A stretch of DNA of 43,660 nucleotides from a bacterium (GCA_041946805.1 JBHGBC010000035.1:1-43660), one strand, 5' to 3'; positions 27,066-37,517 are shown, counted from the first letter of the stretch. Notes: a model not told the origin generated them from the sequence alone. Numbers and translations: made by a program.

Positions 27066-28046
27066 ATGCCATTGCCGGGAGACCTGATTTTGAATTGCAT
27101 TCATCTACTTCTCTGCGTGATTTTCAGCATGCCCGTCGTCCAACCCATCGACGTGGATTTCAAGGAATCAACCGTCACCGCCATTGTACACCACGAGAAA
27201 ACGAACGAATGGGGGATCGTCCAGCGGTCCTCCCAGGGCGCGGACTTGAGACTCTCTTTTGTCAGCCGGTCCCGGATCTACCAACCCGCGTGGGCTTTCG
27301 ACCGCTGTTATCTCGCCTTCTTGGTGGCGGGACAGGCCGTCGAGTCTGCGAGTTCAGCGAATGGAGAGGTTGAATCCAGCCGGGATAAAGGGCAAACCCT
27401 AGTGATCATGAATAACAAATTCCACATCACCGCCACGTTTCCGGACGTGCGCGCCTATTGCTGGAGCCCCTTCAACTACAAACTGATCGCCATCAACGGC
27501 CGGTACGAAGAGGGCGGCCAGGGATACAAGAGCCGGATGACGTTCATGTACGACGCCTGGCAGCAAATGGGGATCACCCTGTACCTCCAGGCCGATAAGG
27601 CCTTCTGGGCGCGCAAGGATGAGTTGGTTTACCTCTACTCCATCGGCCATCCTGTACGCGCCCATGATCCCTACAAAAGCAAAACGATTACTACACGCTT
27701 TCATGGCATCAACATAGAACCTTACGGGCGGTTTTATTATGCCGATATCCCCGAATTGGATTTCCGTGTCTACAACGCCAAGACCCACGAACCGGTAATG
27801 CTCCCAACGGACCTGAACGAAAACCGCCTGGCGCCCGTGGGGTGGCTGGACGCTCAGGAACCTATCCTTGTCATGCGGGAACCATTGGAAAATCGGACGG
27901 TTCTATTCAATGTTCGAACGGGGAAATCTATCACCAAGCCCTGGCAGCCTTTGGCTCCACGAGGTGGATATCTTCCCGCCGAATTTGTGGATGACACCCG
28001 GCCCGTCCGGCTGGATGATACGGATTGGCGATCATTGACGGAATGA
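27066..28046 (+). CDS. Hypothetical exported protein, possibly TolB-like propeller
   Basis: 326-aa ORF with a hydrophobic N-terminus, YQPAWA/CWSP-like blade motifs and coding-like codon use. Confidence 0.6.
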   Translation: MPLPGDLILNCIHLLLCVIFSMPVVQPIDVDFKESTVTAIVHHEKTNEWGIVQRSSQGADLRLSFVSRSRIYQPAWAFDRCYLAFLVAGQAVESASSANGEVESSRDKGQTLVIMNNKFHITATFPDVRAYCWSPFNYKLIAINGRYEEGGQGYKSRMTFMYDAWQQMGITLYLQADKAFWARKDELVYLYSIGHPVRAHDPYKSKTITTRFHGINIEPYGRFYYADIPELDFRVYNAKTHEPVMLPTDLNENRLAPVGWLDAQEPILVMREPLENRTVLFNVRTGKSITKPWQPLAPRGGYLPAEFVDDTRPVRLDDTDWRSLTE

Positions 28047-28075
28047 TCCGGCGGGGAGGCGATTGTCTATTGATC

Positions 28076-28107
28076 CCCTCTCCCTCTGGGAGAGGGCCGG
28101 GTGAGGG
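28076..28107 (+). repeat. Hairpin/G4 repeat
   Basis: CCCTCTCCCTCTGGGAGAGGGCCGGGTGAGGG. Confidence 0.9.
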
Positions 28108-28112
28108 AATCA

Positions 28113-28150
28113 AGAAAACACGAACGGGGCGGGGAAAACTCCCCGCCCCG
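28113..28150 (-). terminator. Intrinsic terminator of the hsp20 operon
   Basis: Perfect 11-bp stem CGGGGCGGGGA/TCCCCGCCCCG, 4-nt loop, followed on the minus strand by TTCGTGTTTTCTT. Confidence 0.7.
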
Positions 28151-28188
28151 CGCGGATGGGGAAAGGATGCCGCGTATTCCGGCGGGAA

Positions 28189-28662
28189 TCAGCGGATGTT
28201 GACCTTGATCGACCTCCGCCGGGCGGACTCGGCCTTGGGCAGGGTGACCGTCAAGACGCCATTGCGGTATTCCGCGTTGGCGCTGTTGGCGTCGATCTCG
28301 CAAGGCAATGGAAGAGTCCGGCTGAAGCGGCCGTACGAGCACTCCACCCGGTGGTAGTTCCGGTCCTTTTCTTCTTTCTCCTGCTTTTTCTCGCCCCGCA
28401 GAATCAGGTGATCCTGCTCGATTTCAATGGAGAAATCATCCTTCTCCATGCCCGGCATTTCGGCTTTCACGATGATTTCCTTGTCCGTCTCTTCCACGTC
28501 GACAGCCGGCAAGGTCATGCTTTCCGGTAACGTGTCCAGCATCCGGAACGGATCCCAGGACTCGTTCCAGCCGCGTCCGAATAAGCTGCCGGGAACCAGC
28601 CGGTTGAAGAACCGGTCAAACAGATCCATCGGCTGCGTGTAGGTTTTCGGTATAAGTTTCAT
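28189..28662 (-). CDS. Hsp20/alpha-crystallin small heat-shock protein
   Basis: PAVDVEE, AEMPG, ECSYGRFSRTLPLP, AEYRNGVLTVTLPK. Confidence 0.95.
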   Translation of the reverse strand: MKLIPKTYTQPMDLFDRFFNRLVPGSLFGRGWNESWDPFRMLDTLPESMTLPAVDVEETDKEIIVKAEMPGMEKDDFSIEIEQDHLILRGEKKQEKEEKDRNYHRVECSYGRFSRTLPLPCEIDANSANAEYRNGVLTVTLPKAESARRRSIKVNIR

Positions 28663-28724
28663 GGTTCATCCTCCTTCGGCGTCTGATATATACAGGGATC
28701 GTCAAGATCCCCTGCGCCGATCGG

Positions 28725-29126
28725 CTATTCACTGATCTTCACTTCGATCTTCTTCGGTTTGGCTGGTTCCGCCTTGGGCAGCCGCAAGGTCAATACGCCG
28801 TTGTTGAGATCGGCGGTGATGTGCTCGATGTCTACTTGCTCCGACAGCTCGAACTGGCGGAAGAAATTGACGAATTCGAATTCCTGGTGGATCCGGTCTC
28901 CCGGCGCTTCATTGTGCGCCCCCGCCTGTAGCGTCAGGATGCCGTTTTCCACGCTGACGGAAATCGTGTCCTTCGACGCGCCGGGCAGGTCGGCGACGAC
29001 CACCAGCTGGTCGTTCGCTTCGAAAATGTCCACCGGTGGCGCGACGTACCGCGCCTGGGACCGGGTGCTTTCTTGCTGGGCTGGCAGATTGGTGTTCTGA
29101 TTCATGGGTATCGTTTTTTCAGCCAT
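28725..29126 (-). CDS. Hsp20/alpha-crystallin small heat-shock protein
   Basis: PPVDIFE, ADLPG, FFRQFEL, ADLNNGVLTLRLPK. Confidence 0.95.
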   Translation of the reverse strand: MAEKTIPMNQNTNLPAQQESTRSQARYVAPPVDIFEANDQLVVVADLPGASKDTISVSVENGILTLQAGAHNEAPGDRIHQEFEFVNFFRQFELSEQVDIEHITADLNNGVLTLRLPKAEPAKPKKIEVKISE

Positions 29127-29178
29127 GAGAGTCTACCTCCATTCTCACGCGGGATCCCCAACCCGGAACCTTCTCCGG

Positions 29179-29646
29179 TTAATTGCTCGCCACTTTCACT
29201 TCGATGGATTTCGGCTGTGCTTTTTCGGACTTCGGCAGCTTGACCAGCAGGATCCCCTTCTTGTATTCCGCCTCGACATGGGCGGCGTCCACCTCCGCGG
29301 GCAGTTCCACGGTCCGGATAAACCGGCCCGCCGACCGTTCGCTGCGGTGCACGCATTCCGGTTTCACATCGCCGTTCACCGCCGTCTTCTCGCCGCTGAG
29401 CGTCAACCGGTTATTGACCAGCGAGACCTCCAACTTTTGCGGATCGATCCCGGGCGCCAAAGCCTCGACGTAAACATTGTGCGCATCGTCGTACATATTG
29501 ATCCGCGGATAGCGCCGCGCTTCCTGGCCCGGCAGGAACGCCAACGGCCACCGGTTGACCCACGGCTGGTTCAAACTGGCCTCGAAGATCCGGTCGATTT
29601 CCTTACGCAGTTGTTCCATTTCATTCCAGGCTTTCCAGTAGTTCAT
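29179..29646 (-). CDS. Hsp20/alpha-crystallin small heat-shock protein
   Basis: YPRINMY, ALAPG, ERSAGRFIRTVELP, AEYKKGILLVKLPK. SD AGGAGG. Confidence 0.95.
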   Translation of the reverse strand: MNYWKAWNEMEQLRKEIDRIFEASLNQPWVNRWPLAFLPGQEARRYPRINMYDDAHNVYVEALAPGIDPQKLEVSLVNNRLTLSGEKTAVNGDVKPECVHRSERSAGRFIRTVELPAEVDAAHVEAEYKKGILLVKLPKSEKAQPKSIEVKVASN

Positions 29647-29741
29647 GATCTTTACCTCCTGGCTGGGGAATTCATCGAGTGTGCTTTTTTCGGCGTTTCG
29701 CTCGTTGGGACTTGTTTCTTGCGTTGCCGGTTTATATCAAT

Positions 29742-29788
29742 ATCAATTATGATGCCAAAATTGTATCTACATAAATATCAAATACTTA
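29742..29788 (-). promoter_or_regulatory. Putative sigma54 (-24/-12) promoter with upstream IHF site
   Basis: Minus-strand TGGCATCATAATTGAT (29742-29757) vs consensus TGGCACG-N4-TTGCW. TATCAA-ATAC-TTA (29776-29788) is an exact match to WATCAANNNNTTR. Confidence 0.6.
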
Positions 29789-29900
29789 TTCATGAAATCA
29801 GGTGATTTCTGACTGTGCCTATCTGGCGCATTACAGGATTTCGGCGTAGGCGGGATATACGCAACGAGGAGCATTTCCGAAAGAAGGTGAAGCCATCATT

Positions 29901-30047
29901 CCCTCTCCCTCCGGGAGAGGCCCAGGGTGAGGGTAAATCCCTTGTGGTGCAGGCATCTTGCCTGCATGTTTTCATTAACCTCACCCATCCCGGGCGCCCC
30001 TTTCAAGGGGCCGCGGTATAGTAGCCCAGGATTTCCACCCTGGGCGT
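29901..30047 (+). repeat. Hairpin/G4 repeat followed by composite repeat family B
   Basis: 29901-29933 is a hairpin repeat. 29943-30047 matches 23285-23386. Confidence 0.85.
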
Positions 30048-30054
30048 TAAAAGC

Positions 30055-31464
30055 TCACCCCAAATCCATTTTTCCCGGATTGAGAATATTCTTCGGATCG
30101 AACAATTTCTTGATATCGGCCAACAACTGCCGTTCGCGTTTCCCCATCTCCAACCCCAGGAACGGCGCCTTGGTGATCCCGATGCCGTGCTCGCCGGAAA
30201 TCGATCCCCCCAGCGCCACGGTGCGTTCGAACAAGTCGGCCACGGCCTGGTCCACCTGAGGATCCTCCTCGTCGTGGGTCATGAAATTGACGTGGATATT
30301 CCCATCCCCCGCGTGCCCGAAACATAGCGTCGTGATGTTATATTGGTTCCCGATCTCGTACGCCGCGTCCAGAATCGCCCCGATTTCGGAAATCGGCACG
30401 CAGATGTCTTCGTTGGTCTTGAAGGGGGCCTTGGCGTACATGGCGGGATTGAGGCTGCGGCGGATGTCCCACAGACGCTCCCGCTCGCGATCCGATTGTG
30501 CCAGGGTGATTTGTGTCGCTCCGCTTTCCTGGCACAGCGCGGCAAAGGTTCGCGTTTCCTCCTCCACGCGGGACAGGTCATGTCCGTCTGCTTCCACCAG
30601 CAGCAGCGCTTCCGCCACCGGCAGGCTGGCGTCCTGGCTGTACGCGTTGACCGCCTCCAGACTGCGGCGGTCGATGAACTCGATGGCGCACGGGACCGCC
30701 CCGCTGTCCAGCATCCGCTGCACCGCCCGGGCGGAATCCTGAACTGAATCAAAGAGCGCGATGAACGTTCCGCGGTGAGGCGGGAAGGGAACCAGGCGCA
30801 AGGCCGCCTCGGTAATGACAGCCAGCGTTCCCTCGGAACCGATCAGCAATTGCAGCAGATTGTAGCCCACCACGCTCTTGCGGGCCTTGGAGCCGATATG
30901 AACGATCTCTCCCGTGGGCAACACGGCTTCGATTGCTTGCACCCAATCTTTCGTGGTCCCGTACTTCACGCAATTCAACCCGCCCGCGCATTCCGCCAGG
31001 CTGCCGCCCAGGGTGGCTGTCTTGGCGCTCGACGGATCGGGCGGATAAAACAATCCCTGCTTCTGCAGGACCGCTTTGAGCTCACCCAGGGGCACACCCG
31101 CCTGCGCGGTCACCAGCCGGTTTTGTCTCTCCACACCCCGGATGGCGGTCATCCGTTCCAGGGAGAGCGCGATTCCGCCCCGGGTGGCCAGCGATCCCCC
31201 GGTCAGGCCGGTTCCACCGCCCCGGGGATAGACAGGGATGCCACGCTCGCTAGCCAGCCGCAGCACCGCCGCGATTTCCTGCGCCGTCTCCGGCCAGAGC
31301 ACTACCTGGGGCGGATACTGCCTGCGGGTGGCGTCGTAGGCGTAGGTGAGAAGATCGACCGGCTCGTCCGATACCCGTTCCGGCGGCAGGAGGGTCCGCA
31401 ATTCTTTCAGGGCGGCGGGATCGAGGCCCTGCGATTCAGTATGAACGGCGCGCGAACCGGACAT
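30055..31464 (-). CDS. glcD: FAD-linked oxidase, glycolate oxidase GlcD / D-lactate dehydrogenase family
   Basis: PRGGGTGLTGG, YPPDPSS, AGG..CVKYGTT, GSEGTLAVIT, GHAGDGNIH, GSISGEHGIG, DPKNILNPGK. Confidence 0.85.
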   Translation of the reverse strand: MSGSRAVHTESQGLDPAALKELRTLLPPERVSDEPVDLLTYAYDATRRQYPPQVVLWPETAQEIAAVLRLASERGIPVYPRGGGTGLTGGSLATRGGIALSLERMTAIRGVERQNRLVTAQAGVPLGELKAVLQKQGLFYPPDPSSAKTATLGGSLAECAGGLNCVKYGTTKDWVQAIEAVLPTGEIVHIGSKARKSVVGYNLLQLLIGSEGTLAVITEAALRLVPFPPHRGTFIALFDSVQDSARAVQRMLDSGAVPCAIEFIDRRSLEAVNAYSQDASLPVAEALLLVEADGHDLSRVEEETRTFAALCQESGATQITLAQSDRERERLWDIRRSLNPAMYAKAPFKTNEDICVPISEIGAILDAAYEIGNQYNITTLCFGHAGDGNIHVNFMTHDEEDPQVDQAVADLFERTVALGGSISGEHGIGITKAPFLGLEMGKRERQLLADIKKLFDPKNILNPGKMDLG

Positions 31465-31673
31465 GATTCTCCTTCGGCCTCAGCCATGAATCCCGCGTGG
31501 GATAATTCCGGGAAAAGGAAGTATATACAAATCCGGTAAACGCGGCAATTATGGGCGGTTCATAGGGGGAAATGAAAACCGGATTGGTATGTCTGCAGGA
31601 CAGGCTCAAAGCGTGGCGCAACCCCTCATAACACAGTCGAATCCCCGCAGGAGATTCCCGTGTAAAATGAGTA

Positions 31674-31695
31674 GCCGTAGGTTTTAACCTACGGC
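31674..31695. repeat. REP-like palindrome variant
   Basis: GCCGTAGGTTTTAACCTACGGC, a compensatory variant of GCCCAGGGTTTCAACCCTGGGC. Confidence 0.6.
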
Positions 31696-31819
31696 ATCGG
31701 GGCATAGTAAAAAAGGGAGGACACGCCGCAAAAAATGATGGATTACGCATTGCGCGTAATCGAATACATCTCCCACACTAAAATTATTTTCCTCGTTTTC
31801 CGCGCCTCGGCGGTGAAAC

Positions 31820-32392
31820 TCACCCCTTCATGATCCGCAGGAAATTCGCCAGAAGCCGCTTGCCTTCCACAGTGAGGATGGACTCCGGGTGAAACTGCAC
31901 GCCGAAGACCGGATATTCCTTATGCCGCAGGCCCATGATTTCGCCCTGATCGGTCTCCGCGGTGATTTCGAGCACGCCGGGCAAGGTGGGACGGTCCACC
32001 AGCAGGGAGTGGTAACGGGTGGCGACGAAGGGATTATCCAATCCAGTGAAAAGGTGCCGGCCGTTGTGATGCACCAGCGAGGTCTTGCCGTGCATGATCC
32101 GGTCCGCTCGCCGCACGATGCCCCCGAAATACTGGCCGATGGATTGATGCCCGAGGCATACTCCCAGAATGGGGATTTCCTTGTGGAAGCGGCCGATGGC
32201 TTCCAGCGAGATCCCCCCGTCGCCGGGCGTGCCGGGTCCAGGGGAAATCAAAAGGCCGCCGGGCTTTTTGCGGGCGATGTCGTCCACCGTGACCTGGTCG
32301 TTGCGGTACACTTCCATCTCGGCGCCCAGTTCGCCCAAGTACTGGTATAGGTTATAGGTGAACGAATCGTAATTATCGATGACGATCAGCAT
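31820..32392 (-). CDS. trpG: Anthranilate synthase / aminodeoxychorismate synthase component II (glutamine amidotransferase)
   Basis: Start at ATG 32392: [41 protein letters not shown]. Immediately downstream of trpE. Confidence 0.92.
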   Translation of the reverse strand: MLIVIDNYDSFTYNLYQYLGELGAEMEVYRNDQVTVDDIARKKPGGLLISPGPGTPGDGGISLEAIGRFHKEIPILGVCLGHQSIGQYFGGIVRRADRIMHGKTSLVHHNGRHLFTGLDNPFVATRYHSLLVDRPTLPGVLEITAETDQGEIMGLRHKEYPVFGVQFHPESILTVEGKRLLANFLRIMKG

Positions 32393-32394
32393 GG

Positions 32395-33879
32395 CTATTC
32401 CTTCGTGCACTCGGCCATTTCGATGGCGCGCAGCATGGCCCGGCATTTGCTCATGACTTCCTCGTATTCGAAATCCCGGTCCGAATCCGCCACGATCCCC
32501 GCCGAGGCCTGCCAGTACGCTTTTCGCCCGATGGTCAGGATGGTCCGCAGCGTGATGCAGAAATCCATCCCGCCATTGAGGCCGAACCAGCCCACCGCCC
32601 CGGCATACGGTCCCCGCCGCGTCTCCTCCATCTCCTCGATGATCTCCATCGACCGGATCTTGGGCGCGCCGGTCACCGTGCCCGCGGGAAACACCATGCG
32701 CATCAGATCGTAGGCGTTCCGGTCCTCCAACAGTTCTCCGGTCACGTTGGAGACCAGGTGCATGACGTGCGAGTACCGTTCCACGTACATCAAGTCGGTG
32801 ACCTTGACCGTATGAAAGGCGCACACGCGGCCGATGTCGTTCCGGCCCAGATCAACCAGCATGATGTGCTCGGCCTGCTCCTTGGGATCGTTGCGTAGGA
32901 TTTTCTCGAGGTAGAGATCTTCTTCCTGCGTCTTGCCCCGCCGCCGGGTCCCCGCGATGGGACGGTAAGTCACCTGCCGGTCCATCATCTTGACCAGAAT
33001 CTCCGGCGACCCCCCGACCAGACAGAGGTTTTCATGGCGGAAAAAGAAGGTGTACGGCGAGGGATTGATCCGCCGCAGGGCGCGGTACACATCCATCGGG
33101 CCGCTCTCCAACTCCACGCCCGTGCGGATGCCGATCTGGATCTGATAAATGTCGCCCGCGCGGATGTGCTCCAACGACCGGTCCACGGCCTTCTGGAACG
33201 ATTCCTTATCCCAGTTGGTCTCGATCGGAAGCGGGGGAGTCCTCCCCGCGCCGAAGGGTATGCGGGGCAGGGGCTTGCGCATTTTCTCCACCACCTGCCC
33301 GATGCGCTGGACCGCCTCCTCGTAGGCCTTTTCGGGAGAGGAATCGATATGAGCGTTGGCGATCACCGTGATGGTGCGCTGGAAATGGTCGAAGGCGATT
33401 ACCGTCCCGGCATAATAAAACACCGCGTCGGGAATCCCGAAATCGTCGCGGTTCTTGAATTCCAGCCGTTCGAAATGCTGGATCATTTCATAACCCAGGT
33501 ATCCGACCAGCCCCCCGAAAAAGGGTGGCAAGCCCTCGGTCTCCACGGGTTGGAACCGGCTCATGAAATCTTGCAGTACGGCCAAGGGATCGCGCCCGGA
33601 CGAAACCGGGTGATCGATGATTGTCTCCCCCTGGATTTCCTTCATCTCCCGGCCGCGGCAGACAAAGATGTGGGAGGGATCGTAGCCGATGAACGAATAC
33701 CGCCCCAGCTTTTCCCCCTGCTCGACGCTCTCCAGCAGGAACGCGTGGGGATTGTCCTCTGCCAGTTTGAAAAAAGCCGAAACCGGGGTTTCCAGGTCGG
33801 CCATGATGACCTTATAGACCGGAACCAGGTTTCCCTGACGAGACAACTCGCAAAATCGATCGAATGTGGGTGCGTGCAT
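32395..33879 (-). CDS. trpE: Anthranilate synthase component I
   Basis: [65 protein letters not shown]. Confidence 0.93.
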   Translation of the reverse strand: MHAPTFDRFCELSRQGNLVPVYKVIMADLETPVSAFFKLAEDNPHAFLLESVEQGEKLGRYSFIGYDPSHIFVCRGREMKEIQGETIIDHPVSSGRDPLAVLQDFMSRFQPVETEGLPPFFGGLVGYLGYEMIQHFERLEFKNRDDFGIPDAVFYYAGTVIAFDHFQRTITVIANAHIDSSPEKAYEEAVQRIGQVVEKMRKPLPRIPFGAGRTPPLPIETNWDKESFQKAVDRSLEHIRAGDIYQIQIGIRTGVELESGPMDVYRALRRINPSPYTFFFRHENLCLVGGSPEILVKMMDRQVTYRPIAGTRRRGKTQEEDLYLEKILRNDPKEQAEHIMLVDLGRNDIGRVCAFHTVKVTDLMYVERYSHVMHLVSNVTGELLEDRNAYDLMRMVFPAGTVTGAPKIRSMEIIEEMEETRRGPYAGAVGWFGLNGGMDFCITLRTILTIGRKAYWQASAGIVADSDRDFEYEEVMSKCRAMLRAIEMAECTKE

Positions 33880-34092
33880 AAGGATCTTTATATTCGGAGA
33901 TCGGATGACCGGTGTAGAAAACAGTAAAGAATCATAGCGATGAAATCCGCTGGAAGCAACCGTGCGCCGGAATGTGAGATCGCTTGCGTCTTTGGCTTTG
34001 CGGTTTCGGATTCATCCGGTAAGCGTGTACTTTGTTCAAGCATGTCCGTCCATTTTTCAATCGGGCCGGCCGGGAAGAGTAACCCCCAAATC

Positions 34093-34298
34093 CCCTCTCC
34101 CTCTGGGAGAGGGACAGGGTGAGGGTGAGGGTGAGGGAAAACCCATCGCCAAGCTTCCACCTCCCTGGCTGTGCATTTGCCTCGAGAGGGTAATATCCGC
34201 CATCCCCAAAGGCTTCTCTCCGCACTCTCTGCGTCTCCGCGGTGTACGTTTTAGCCGGCCTATTTCCCCTCTCCCTCTGGGAGAGGGCCAGGGTGAGG
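34093..34298 (+). repeat. Two hairpin/G4 repeats
   Basis: 34093-34137 (extended GGGTGA tandem, six G-tracts) and 34267-34298. Confidence 0.9.
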
Positions 34299-34387
34299 AA
34301 AGCCTGCTAAATCGTTGCCAAAGCCCTTCTTTTATCCCCTCTACCTGCCAACCATCAACCACTTCCCTGCTGATTCATGAACAGGTT

Positions 34388-34401
34388 TTGATCAAAATCA
34401 C
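34388..34401. promoter_or_regulatory. FNR/CRP-family-like box upstream of porin
   Basis: TTGAT-CAAA-ATCAC, a 9/10 match to TTGAT-N4-ATCAA, in an AT-rich promoter region. Confidence 0.35.
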
Positions 34402-34595
34402 GCAAAAATAAAATTTCCTAACTCTTTTTGCCTTGATACATTTTATCCGGATACAGGATCTAACTTATTATCAAAAAGCATGTTATCAACTGGATCAAAA
34501 AGTTATTCGATTGAATTCTGGATTTATTTTTGCTCCTCCCCCCATGGAAATACCGGCTCTGTTCGGTCCACCTATAACCATGAGGAGGAAGGGCA

Positions 34596-35750
34596 ATGAT
34601 GAGAAAAAAACTAATTGTGCTCTTTTTCGGGATGGCTATCGTTCTTGGGTGTGAGGAAATGGCGGTTCATGCTGGATCCTTGTCGGACGCCACGGCCGAT
34701 TCTCTCTGGGGGATCAAAGTCGGCGGGTATTTGGACATGTCCTACATCTACAACTTGAATGACCCGGATGAGAACCAAGGCGGCAATGTCATGCGGGTGT
34801 TCGACGTGGATCACAACGAAATCAATTTCCAGTTGTTTCAATTCTACGTCGACCGGCTGCCCGAGGAACCAAACGAGGTTGGTTTTCGAGTCGATTTCGC
34901 CCTCGGCGAGGATTCCAACCTGATCGTGTTCGATCCACTCGTGGATTTTGGCGACGATTTCAACATCTATCAGGCGTATATTTCCTACATCGCGCCCATC
35001 GGCAACGGCTTGACCATCGACCTGGGGCGCTGGGTCACGCATCATGGGTATGAGGTGATCGAAAGTCCCGCCAACAACAACTTCTCGCGCTCCATTTTGT
35101 TCGGCTGGGCGATCCCCTTCACCCACACCGGCTTGCGGCTGACTTATCCCATCAACGATATGTGGGAAGTCAGCGGCGCGGTCACCCAAGGGTGGGATTG
35201 GGTGGATGACAACAACGACGGCAAGACCTTCCACGGCGCGGTCCGCTTCCGTCCCACCGAGTCCATCTACATCCAGAACTCGGTGGCCTACGGTCCGGAA
35301 CTGGATGACAACAACCATGATTACCGGCTGCTGTACGACCTCGTGGCCACCTGGCAAGTAACCGAACAGTGGTCCGTGGGCGCCAATTTCGACTGGGCGC
35401 AGGATGAAAACCAGGCGCCGGGTGGAGGGGATGCCGAGTGGATGGGAGCCGGGGGATACGGACGGTATGACATTCTGGAGAATCTGTACGTGGCGCTCCG
35501 GGGTGAATGGTTCGACGATGTGGATGGCGCGCGGGCTTCAGCCTTCAACCTGACCGGCCCGGGCGGCGCGGTGGTCCCGGATGTGGAGGTGTGGGAAATC
35601 ACGGCCACCTTGGGCTACAGTCCCGTGAAAGATCTCCTGACCCGCCTGGAATTCCGCCATGACGATGCGGATCAGGACGTCTTCCTGGATGGGAGCGATC
35701 TGTCCGACACCCAAAATACCATCGCGGTCGAGGTGATCTATAGCTTCTAA
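34596..35750 (+). CDS. Outer-membrane beta-barrel porin (putative BBP2/OmpL-like family)
   Basis: Signal peptide, GYLDMSYIYN, QAYISY, G....GYEVIES..N.NFSRS..F..AIPFTHTG, RLEFRHD, C-terminal IYSF. Confidence 0.87.
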   Translation: MMRKKLIVLFFGMAIVLGCEEMAVHAGSLSDATADSLWGIKVGGYLDMSYIYNLNDPDENQGGNVMRVFDVDHNEINFQLFQFYVDRLPEEPNEVGFRVDFALGEDSNLIVFDPLVDFGDDFNIYQAYISYIAPIGNGLTIDLGRWVTHHGYEVIESPANNNFSRSILFGWAIPFTHTGLRLTYPINDMWEVSGAVTQGWDWVDDNNDGKTFHGAVRFRPTESIYIQNSVAYGPELDDNNHDYRLLYDLVATWQVTEQWSVGANFDWAQDENQAPGGGDAEWMGAGGYGRYDILENLYVALRGEWFDDVDGARASAFNLTGPGGAVVPDVEVWEITATLGYSPVKDLLTRLEFRHDDADQDVFLDGSDLSDTQNTIAVEVIYSF

Positions 35751-35797
35751 GCGGGATCCGGGACAGAATTCATTTTTCGTGAACTCCCGCGGGCGGG

Positions 35798-37339
35798 TCA
35801 ATACATCCTGAAATCGAAAATGCCCGTCTCTTCCGCCATGGATGGAAGAATATACGCCGAGGCCGGATTATCTCCGCCCTCCCGCGTGCTGACCAACACC
35901 GGTTCCACCCCCTGCTTGTCCACGATATCCAGCCCATCGAGGGCGATCCCGAAGAGATCCCCGGCCGCTCTCCCGAAATAAACCGGGGCGGAGAAGGGCA
36001 GCACATCCAACACCGTTTTCCCCAACAATGGTCTTAAATCCTTGATGATATAAACGCCTCCTTGCATTCCTCCGGTTCCGGATGGATGGCTGCCCTGGAT
36101 GGCGCTCACGGCAATCCCCTGCCTCAGACTGGCGATCCGGGTTCCGAAGCCTGCGTTTCCCTGGGGTATGCCGAACAGGCTGTGAGTCGCCAGGTTATCC
36201 GGCGTGATGATGATCTCGCTTGCGCCGGCTCCCGCTTGATGCACCAACGCCACCACGCCGCTTCCCGGTTGATTGCCGGTTAGACTCGCGTGGGGAAATG
36301 CGCAGAACAACTCCGGCGCGCCGTCCTGGTCCACGTCGCTGCTTTGCAGTTGCGTGATTTCATGCGCTTCGGAGTTTTCAAAAAGCCGGAACACGATTTT
36401 GCCCGTGGCGAAGGGCAATTCATCCACGCGGAACGCGCCGGTCAACTCGCCGCCGCCGGGTATCACCCGCAGGGACGCTTCACTCTCCGTGGCCGGCTGA
36501 TTGGGATCCTGCGGTTCGCGAAACGTGACGCCTTGGAACAAGCCCACGTCCGGGAAAAGATTCCCGTCAAAATCGCCGATCATCTCCATGACGCCCCCGA
36601 AAAAAGTATTGATATATCCTTCCGGCGTCTTGGGACCGTAGAGGGTTAGGGTGGAGGATTGATCCAGGGATTGCGTGTTGATGATCTTGTTTTCGTAACT
36701 CGTTTGGCCGTAAACGATGTACGCCGCGCCGACGACCGGCTGGTTGTTGCTTTCCCCCACAAAATAAGGGCTGGGGATCAACAGGTCGGATGATGCGTCA
36801 TCGTTGATGTCTCCCCCGTCGCCCAGAACCTGCCCCAGCGATTCCCCGTCAGCGCCTTCCAGGATTAACAGAAATTTGTCTTCGTTGGTGACATGGATGG
36901 GCAACAGGTTGAATGTCCCCTTGAGCAGGTACACCCGGCCGCCAGCCCCCTCGAACGGCGCTCCGATCAGCAAGTCCGCCCGCCCGTCCCGGTTGACGTC
37001 CCCGGGCGCGCCCAATGACCAGCCGAAGCCGCTGTTGTCATTCCCATTGACGGCAAATCCATTCGTGGCCAGAAACGATAGGTTGATTACCGGCGGATAA
37101 TTGCGCCGCCCGAACAATATATAGACGCGGTTGTCCAAGGGAGAGGAAATGGCAAAATCAGGGATACCGTCTCCGGAAAAATCACCGATCGTCCGCACCG
37201 CGTAACCCGTCTCTCCCTGGGGATTCCCCCCGATAATCCGGACCGTGCCCGCGGGTGGATTGTTCATATCAAAGATTGTTCCCCCGGCGTAATTCAGGAC
37301 GCAAGTCAACAGGACGAGTAAGAGGGCCATTGTTCTCAT
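35798..37339 (-). CDS. Secreted FG-GAP / integrin-alpha beta-propeller protein
   Basis: Signal peptide, GDFSGDGIPDFAIS, FGWSL..PGDVNRDGRADLLIGAP, GDINDD...DLLI. Confidence 0.85.
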   Translation of the reverse strand: MRTMALLLVLLTCVLNYAGGTIFDMNNPPAGTVRIIGGNPQGETGYAVRTIGDFSGDGIPDFAISSPLDNRVYILFGRRNYPPVINLSFLATNGFAVNGNDNSGFGWSLGAPGDVNRDGRADLLIGAPFEGAGGRVYLLKGTFNLLPIHVTNEDKFLLILEGADGESLGQVLGDGGDINDDASSDLLIPSPYFVGESNNQPVVGAAYIVYGQTSYENKIINTQSLDQSSTLTLYGPKTPEGYINTFFGGVMEMIGDFDGNLFPDVGLFQGVTFREPQDPNQPATESEASLRVIPGGGELTGAFRVDELPFATGKIVFRLFENSEAHEITQLQSSDVDQDGAPELFCAFPHASLTGNQPGSGVVALVHQAGAGASEIIITPDNLATHSLFGIPQGNAGFGTRIASLRQGIAVSAIQGSHPSGTGGMQGGVYIIKDLRPLLGKTVLDVLPFSAPVYFGRAAGDLFGIALDGLDIVDKQGVEPVLVSTREGGDNPASAYILPSMAEETGIFDFRMY

Positions 37340-37517
37340 GGAGAATTCCTTTATCTAAGAATCCAATTCAATATTTGTATTATAAGTCATTTAATATCAG
37401 AAATTTGTATCATCAGGTACATGCTTACTTTTGGTTCATCAGGTAAGTGCGTTCTTTTTATCAACCATGTCGGGCCGCTATCCCATCTTACTGGTCGGGG
37501 AGATCAACCCCCTAATC

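Noticed and set aside
29647..29800. CIRCE element or ROSE thermometer before hsp20
   Set aside because: No TTAGCACTC-N9-GAGTGCTAA, and no convincing SD-sequestering ROSE motif.
32393..32824. Long N-terminal extension of trpG (and similarly 38658-38825 of coaC and 41852-42214 of the pilin)
   Set aside because: The extensions overlap neighbouring genes or intergenic DNA. Family N-termini begin at the downstream ATGs.
33880..34090. trp attenuator or T-box upstream of trpE
   Set aside because: No leader peptide with tandem Trp codons, T-box motif or terminator/antiterminator pair was seen.
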